From IMG/VR virus record IMGVR_UViG_3300046387_001332: a DNA stretch of 64,000 nucleotides; one strand, written 5' to 3'. This DNA comes from a virus. This document shows, in pieces, positions 59,598-64,000 of this stretch. Position 1 is the stretch's first letter. Each line of letters starts with the position of its first letter. Below the pieces are notes generated by a model. The model did no database searches, was not told the origin of the DNA, and saw nothing but the letters and a program-made list of their open reading frames with translations. Made by a program: the position numbers and the translations under genes.

Positions 59598-60220
59598 AAC
59601 TTTTCATAGTTTTGATCGTAGTTTCTGTGATATCTTGCGTTGGATTCTTCTTGAGTCTTGATGTCCTTGGTATGTATTATTTCATGAAATGTATTTGGTT
59701 CAATGATGTCCATATAATGATGTCCTGTAATAATCTCATGAACTGCTCGGGTCCATCTTATTCGTTTATCATTTTTAAAAAGTCTGGTTTGAAAGTCTGG
59801 ATAATTGATTCTATTTAGGTGATCTCTTTTCCAGTTCCATTTTTTAAGATGCAATTCTGTTATACCATGTACATAATTTACTCTAGGTATTTTTATTAAA
59901 TCTTTATTTTGTTTTTTAACTATTATGTCATGTGCATTTTTGATAAGAGGTTCGGTTGGTAATTCATCTGCATCAAACTGAAAAATGAAATCTTTTTCAC
60001 ACATATCATTTAGTTTATTTTTATGCACACCGTAGTTTCCATTGAGTCTATGTTGTTTGTGTTTATGGTTTTGTATAATTTCAATTGTTTCTTCGTTTTC
60101 AGAAAAATCATCTAGTATTAGAAGTTCATCATTTTCACGTTTAAGTTCTAATATCCTATCTATTAATTTACGAAGTGAGTCAGTTTCGTTGTGTGTGCAT
60201 ATTGCAAAACTAATGTTCAT
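59594..60220 (-). CDS. GT2 glycosyltransferase
   Basis: I.T.NE, LDD.S, DADE, YPD.Q.RLF, VHE. Confidence 0.85.
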   Translation of the reverse strand: MNISFAICTHNETDSLRKLIDRILELKRENDELLILDDFSENEETIEIIQNHKHKQHRLNGNYGVHKNKLNDMCEKDFIFQFDADELPTEPLIKNAHDIIVKKQNKDLIKIPRVNYVHGITELHLKKWNWKRDHLNRINYPDFQTRLFKNDKRIRWTRAVHEIITGHHYMDIIEPNTFHEIIHTKDIKTQEESNARYHRNYDQNYEKL

Positions 60221-60969
60221 GCTTTTCCATTCCCATACATATTTAATTCATTATCTGCGTACTTTTTTAGTTTATTTTTGTTATCATATTTGTCCGCAAA
60301 GTCTTCAATTTCTTTATATTCTTTCAGAAAGTTTCTAACCGTTCCGAATCTGTCTTTTATAATTCTGTTAAATTCCTTAATGTTTAATTTGCTGAGTTTC
60401 ATACCAATTGCAGTTTCTAATATTAGTCGTTCCTGATTTATATCTCTAATTATATCCTCATCAGAAATAAGTGTGTCTTTGTTTTCATAGTCACTAAATA
60501 GAGTTCTGAAATCTAGATATGTGACTTTTACGTTTGACATATCGTTTATTATATATGTTCGGTAGCAATCAAACTTTGTTAATTTTTTTACATGGGTTTC
60601 GTAAAAAGGTCGTGGACGATTAATTAGTTGGTTCACCGGTGCAACAACATCATATCTTCTTTTTATCAATGAAATTGTATCTTTTACCAATATCCTACGT
60701 AGAAAATCTTTAAAACTACCCCAAGGTATAAATTCAAGTGAGAGACCATGTAATTTACTTCTACCAAGTCCTCCTCGGAATGTATTTAATGCAAATACTA
60801 ATCTAAGATATTTTCTTCTTTTTTTTCTACCACCAGATGTTGCGTCATCACTTGTATACATGAATGAAACAATTTGTCCTGGTTTTATTTTAGAACGAGG
60901 AATGCCAACAGAACCACCAACACACTTTTGCAAATAATTTTTGTAATAACTCACTTGAATATATATCAA
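60217..60969 (-). CDS. hypothetical protein (weak resemblance to T4 gp2 DNA end protector)
   Basis: PG.I.SF.Y, HGL.L.FIP, C.RTY pattern. Confidence 0.5.
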   Translation of the reverse strand: MIYIQVSYYKNYLQKCVGGSVGIPRSKIKPGQIVSFMYTSDDATSGGRKKRRKYLRLVFALNTFRGGLGRSKLHGLSLEFIPWGSFKDFLRRILVKDTISLIKRRYDVVAPVNQLINRPRPFYETHVKKLTKFDCYRTYIINDMSNVKVTYLDFRTLFSDYENKDTLISDEDIIRDINQERLILETAIGMKLSKLNIKEFNRIIKDRFGTVRNFLKEYKEIEDFADKYDNKNKLKKYADNELNMYGNGKA

Positions 60970-60986
60970 GTGGCAAATGTATTATG

Positions 60987-62183
60987 TTAAATATATTGAC
61001 TGAACAAAGTTTCGTATGACACAGAGATAGAGTCTATATCAAATTTAGTTTTGTTAATTTCTTTTAGTTTCACTGCCTTTGTTTTGTACTTATCGTAGTT
61101 TTGATATACTTCTCGTATCTTTTGAGAAGATACGTCTTTGTCAACTACCATCCATTTTGCCTTTGTACTAAATAAAGATGTTTCTTTAGTAATGTTAGTT
61201 AACTTACCCGGTAGTAAAATAGAATTTTTTTTGTCTATAATGTCAAGGTGTCCTGACCATTTTGTTGCAAGAACTGGTAGTCCACATAAAGTTGCTTCTA
61301 GGATAGGTCTACCGAATCCTTCTCCTTTTGTGTGAGAAATAAATGCTTTAATTTTTGGATGAGTATACACGGAGTGTATTTCTGATTCACTTATATCCCC
61401 ATGTAAAAGATAAATATTCGGTCTACTCTGAGATGGATGTTCTTCAATTATACTTTTTATTTTGTTGGATATTTCAAAATAATCACTAATACTAAAATTT
61501 GATCCAGATGTCTTTAATACCAATGCAGGTTTGTCGTCTGTGTTATTAAATGCTTTTATAAAAGATTCTATGAGTGACTCAATATTTTTTCTACCTCCGT
61601 CATCAGACTCACTTGTGATCCATTGTCCAACTGAAAGAAAACAAAAATCTTCTTTGATTTCATTTAACTCATTGATACTACTACTTGATTCAGAATCTTT
61701 ATAAAATTCAAATGACGCACTTTCTGCGATGACGGAAATTTCGGTAGTCTTGTCTATTTCATTTTCTTTGTACGAGTTTTCAAAAGTTTCTTTTGTAAAA
61801 TTGGACGGAACTATTACATGATCCATTTGATTTAATCCGTTTAGCATACTAGATGGTACATAGTCAACTTCAACACCAGCAGTAATTCCAATATTTATAT
61901 CTGAACCTACCTTCTTGAATTCGGTGGGGAGTCCGAGTTGGATATATACATCGCATCCTGTGTAATGATCTTTTTCGTTTACAAAATGTGGTTTATACTT
62001 TTCACTTAGTTCTTTGTTTAGTCCTGTTTGTGGATTGCTACCCCAGGGTGTAATTGCAAATTTAAGTTCATGTGATGAAAACTTGTTGTACAATACAGAT
62101 GCAATTTCACGGGCATGATCTCCATAACCACTTCTTGATAATAATGGAGATACATATAAAATTCGTTTTTTATCTTTGCTCAT
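60987..62183 (-). CDS. GT4 (GT-B) glycosyltransferase
   Basis: SRSGYG.HAR, RKN, EGFGRPILEA. Confidence 0.9.
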   Translation of the reverse strand: MSKDKKRILYVSPLLSRSGYGDHAREIASVLYNKFSSHELKFAITPWGSNPQTGLNKELSEKYKPHFVNEKDHYTGCDVYIQLGLPTEFKKVGSDINIGITAGVEVDYVPSSMLNGLNQMDHVIVPSNFTKETFENSYKENEIDKTTEISVIAESASFEFYKDSESSSSINELNEIKEDFCFLSVGQWITSESDDGGRKNIESLIESFIKAFNNTDDKPALVLKTSGSNFSISDYFEISNKIKSIIEEHPSQSRPNIYLLHGDISESEIHSVYTHPKIKAFISHTKGEGFGRPILEATLCGLPVLATKWSGHLDIIDKKNSILLPGKLTNITKETSLFSTKAKWMVVDKDVSSQKIREVYQNYDKYKTKAVKLKEINKTKFDIDSISVSYETLFSQYI

Positions 62184-63433
62184 ATCTTTTCAAATCTATA
62201 CTTAGGAGAAGGTTTAAATGAATCTATGCTTTTATTAATGCCACCCTTGATTCCGTTAACCATTTGTTCCACAGAAAAATTGCTTTCAACATATTCCCTT
62301 CCAAGTTTACCCTTCTCGTTAAGTTTGTCCTTATCCTGATATAGAGTTATCATAGCAGATGCAAGTGCATCGGAAGATATATAATCTTCATATAAGTAAT
62401 TAGTAGTTCCGTCACCAGTCAAATGTCTAAGTGTGGGTTCTACACCAATGCCCCATGTATTATTGTTGTCAATTTGATCAAGCAATCCACCTGTGCGATT
62501 ACATATTATAGGTGTTTCACACGCAAGTGATTCTAATGTTGCAAGTCCAAATCCTTCGTTACATGAAGCATTTACAGTAACACTTGCAGTATTATACATT
62601 TGAGATAAAATTTCTGGACTAACCTTGGTTGTAGAAAATAATATATTACTATCATTAAATAAGTTATCACACATCTTAATAATGTCGTGTTTATTTTGAC
62701 CGACTTGATTTGTGTGAATCATCATCAATATGTGTTTAGACTCTGACTTGGGGAGGGTGTTACACATTTTATCAAATGCTTCCATGACAACAGGTAGTTG
62801 CTTTCTTCTCATGTTTACATTATTACATAAAAAACAGAACTCACACCCATCACCTAAAAGATTACTTCGTGACTCTACTGAAAATTTATCTTCCTGTTTT
62901 TTGAATGTATTCAAGTCTACTCCATGTGGAACATAGTCACATGAAACATTTCCACCTGTAACTTCTTGAACAATCTGATGTGTTAATTTAGAAATACACC
63001 CAATCCAGTCACAACTATAATAAATACCTTTATTAAAAAACGGAGTAGGGTAATTGTCCCACACATGATAATAGCAGATTGGAATAGTTCTGCGAACTTT
63101 ATTTTCAATTGCATATAACCACTTATAGAACCTTGGGTCCGACATATGTAGAATAGCATCAATCTTTTCTGCTTTACAAATTCCCTCTACAAGTGACTCA
63201 TTACCGTAATTATTATTGCAATACAGTCTTACATAACTACCAGATGTATTGTACATTTGGTCTAATGACTTACTAACATCTACAACTTTTCCATTTTCTG
63301 GATGATTTGTTTTTGATGCCAATTGTATCCAATTGAAGTCAGACAATGTGTTGACTATTATGTCTTTGCATATATTTGCTACACCACTTGGGTATCTTAT
63401 GTCATCTCCAATTAACAATACATTTGGTTTCAT
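62180..63433 (-). CDS. GT4 (GT-B) glycosyltransferase
   Basis: SGVA, PHGVD, RK, EGFGLATLES, TGGL. Confidence 0.9.
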   Translation of the reverse strand: MKPNVLLIGDDIRYPSGVANICKDIIVNTLSDFNWIQLASKTNHPENGKVVDVSKSLDQMYNTSGSYVRLYCNNNYGNESLVEGICKAEKIDAILHMSDPRFYKWLYAIENKVRRTIPICYYHVWDNYPTPFFNKGIYYSCDWIGCISKLTHQIVQEVTGGNVSCDYVPHGVDLNTFKKQEDKFSVESRSNLLGDGCEFCFLCNNVNMRRKQLPVVMEAFDKMCNTLPKSESKHILMMIHTNQVGQNKHDIIKMCDNLFNDSNILFSTTKVSPEILSQMYNTASVTVNASCNEGFGLATLESLACETPIICNRTGGLLDQIDNNNTWGIGVEPTLRHLTGDGTTNYLYEDYISSDALASAMITLYQDKDKLNEKGKLGREYVESNFSVEQMVNGIKGGINKSIDSFKPSPKYRFEKI

Positions 63434-63440
63434 TAAATGT

Positions 63441-63469
63441 ATCGTACAAAAATTATCTCAATAAGTCAA
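63441..63469 (-). promoter_or_regulatory. sigma70-type promoter for GT block
   Basis: TTGACT-N17-TACGAT, 7 nt before ATG. Confidence 0.65.
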
Positions 63470-63667
63470 CTAATATTTTTTATTGTCAAGAATGGGATTT
63501 GTTTCATCGACCTGTTCTTTAAACTCTTTATCTGTGAGATATAAATGTATTGCACGATTAACCAACTTCTGAAGTGTCATTTCGGAGGTTAGAGTTTCAA
63601 TTTTGAATTCTTTGTACTTGTCAGATAGTACCTTGACAGTAGTTAATTTATAATTTGCATCATTCAT
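63470..63667 (-). CDS. small ribbon-helix-helix-like DNA-binding protein
   Basis: KLTTVKV strand followed by two helices; ATATTTAT upstream. Confidence 0.55.
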   Translation of the reverse strand: MNDANYKLTTVKVLSDKYKEFKIETLTSEMTLQKLVNRAIHLYLTDKEFKEQVDETNPILDNKKY

Positions 63668-63725
63668 TTATACATAAATATTGTTGAAAAATAGTTTTAA
63701 TCAAAAAAAATTATAAAAACTAATT

Positions 63726-64000
63726 TTATAACGAATCCCACTTCGGTGGAGTTAATGGACACTTACTGCTAGTGAGTAGTAATTTGCCACTTCCACATCC
63801 ACACTTCATGCATTTAGCAACGTTGGTATTTTTATTTTCCGACCAAAAAGAACATGATCTGCATATCGTAAGACGAGTTTCCCATTGTTTCGCATTGACA
63901 ACAGGTCTTCCACTTTTAGTCCATGCTAATAATGATTGTGCTAAATTAGAGGGCATATCCTTAAATCCTAAATTTTTTGCGGTAGTAACTTGAAACTCTT
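63726..64000 (-). CDS. Cys-rich zinc-binding protein (5' end probably outside window)
   Basis: R..IC..C, C..CGC, CP....W; frame appears open to window edge. Confidence 0.55.
   Translation of the reverse strand, partial: EFQVTTAKNLGFKDMPSNLAQSLLAWTKSGRPVVNAKQWETRLTICRSCSFWSENKNTNVAKCMKCGCGSGKLLLTSSKCPLTPPKWDSL

Overview
This is a 64 kb, AT-rich, gene-dense segment of a large T4-like tailed dsDNA phage (jumbo/huge-phage type) using the standard genetic code. Phage core genes: rIIA, rIIB, family-B DNA polymerase, sliding clamp, clamp loader, dUTPase, a PD-(D/E)XK exonuclease, an HNH nuclease and five CCA-encoding tRNAs (Cys, Thr, Glu, Ser, Ala). Host-like cargo: DnaK, DnaJ, ClpP, IF-1, an M29 aminopeptidase, two tandem glutamate dehydrogenases with opposite predicted cofactor signatures (NADP-type and NAD-type), a lipase-GDPD fusion, a SET domain and a ~12 kb sugar-nucleotide/glycosyltransferase block. 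The best candidate for an undescribed system is 45055-51188: AsnB-type amidotransferase, 2-hydroxyacid dehydrogenase-like protein, 2OG-Fe(II) hydroxylase, fold-II PLP enzyme and SPPY DNA amino-methyltransferase-like protein, the last four overlapping. It looks like a DNA base hypermodification pathway and abuts a convergent nuclease-like gene. Other highlights: an ORF-poor ~1 kb degenerate inverted-symmetry region with stacked promoters (possible origin), a triple-zincin polyprotein with protease-site-like linkers, a possible unimolecular spanin, and two promoter classes (sigma70-type and ATATTTAT) positioned to give near-leaderless mRNAs. All calls are from motif reading; no database searches were run.
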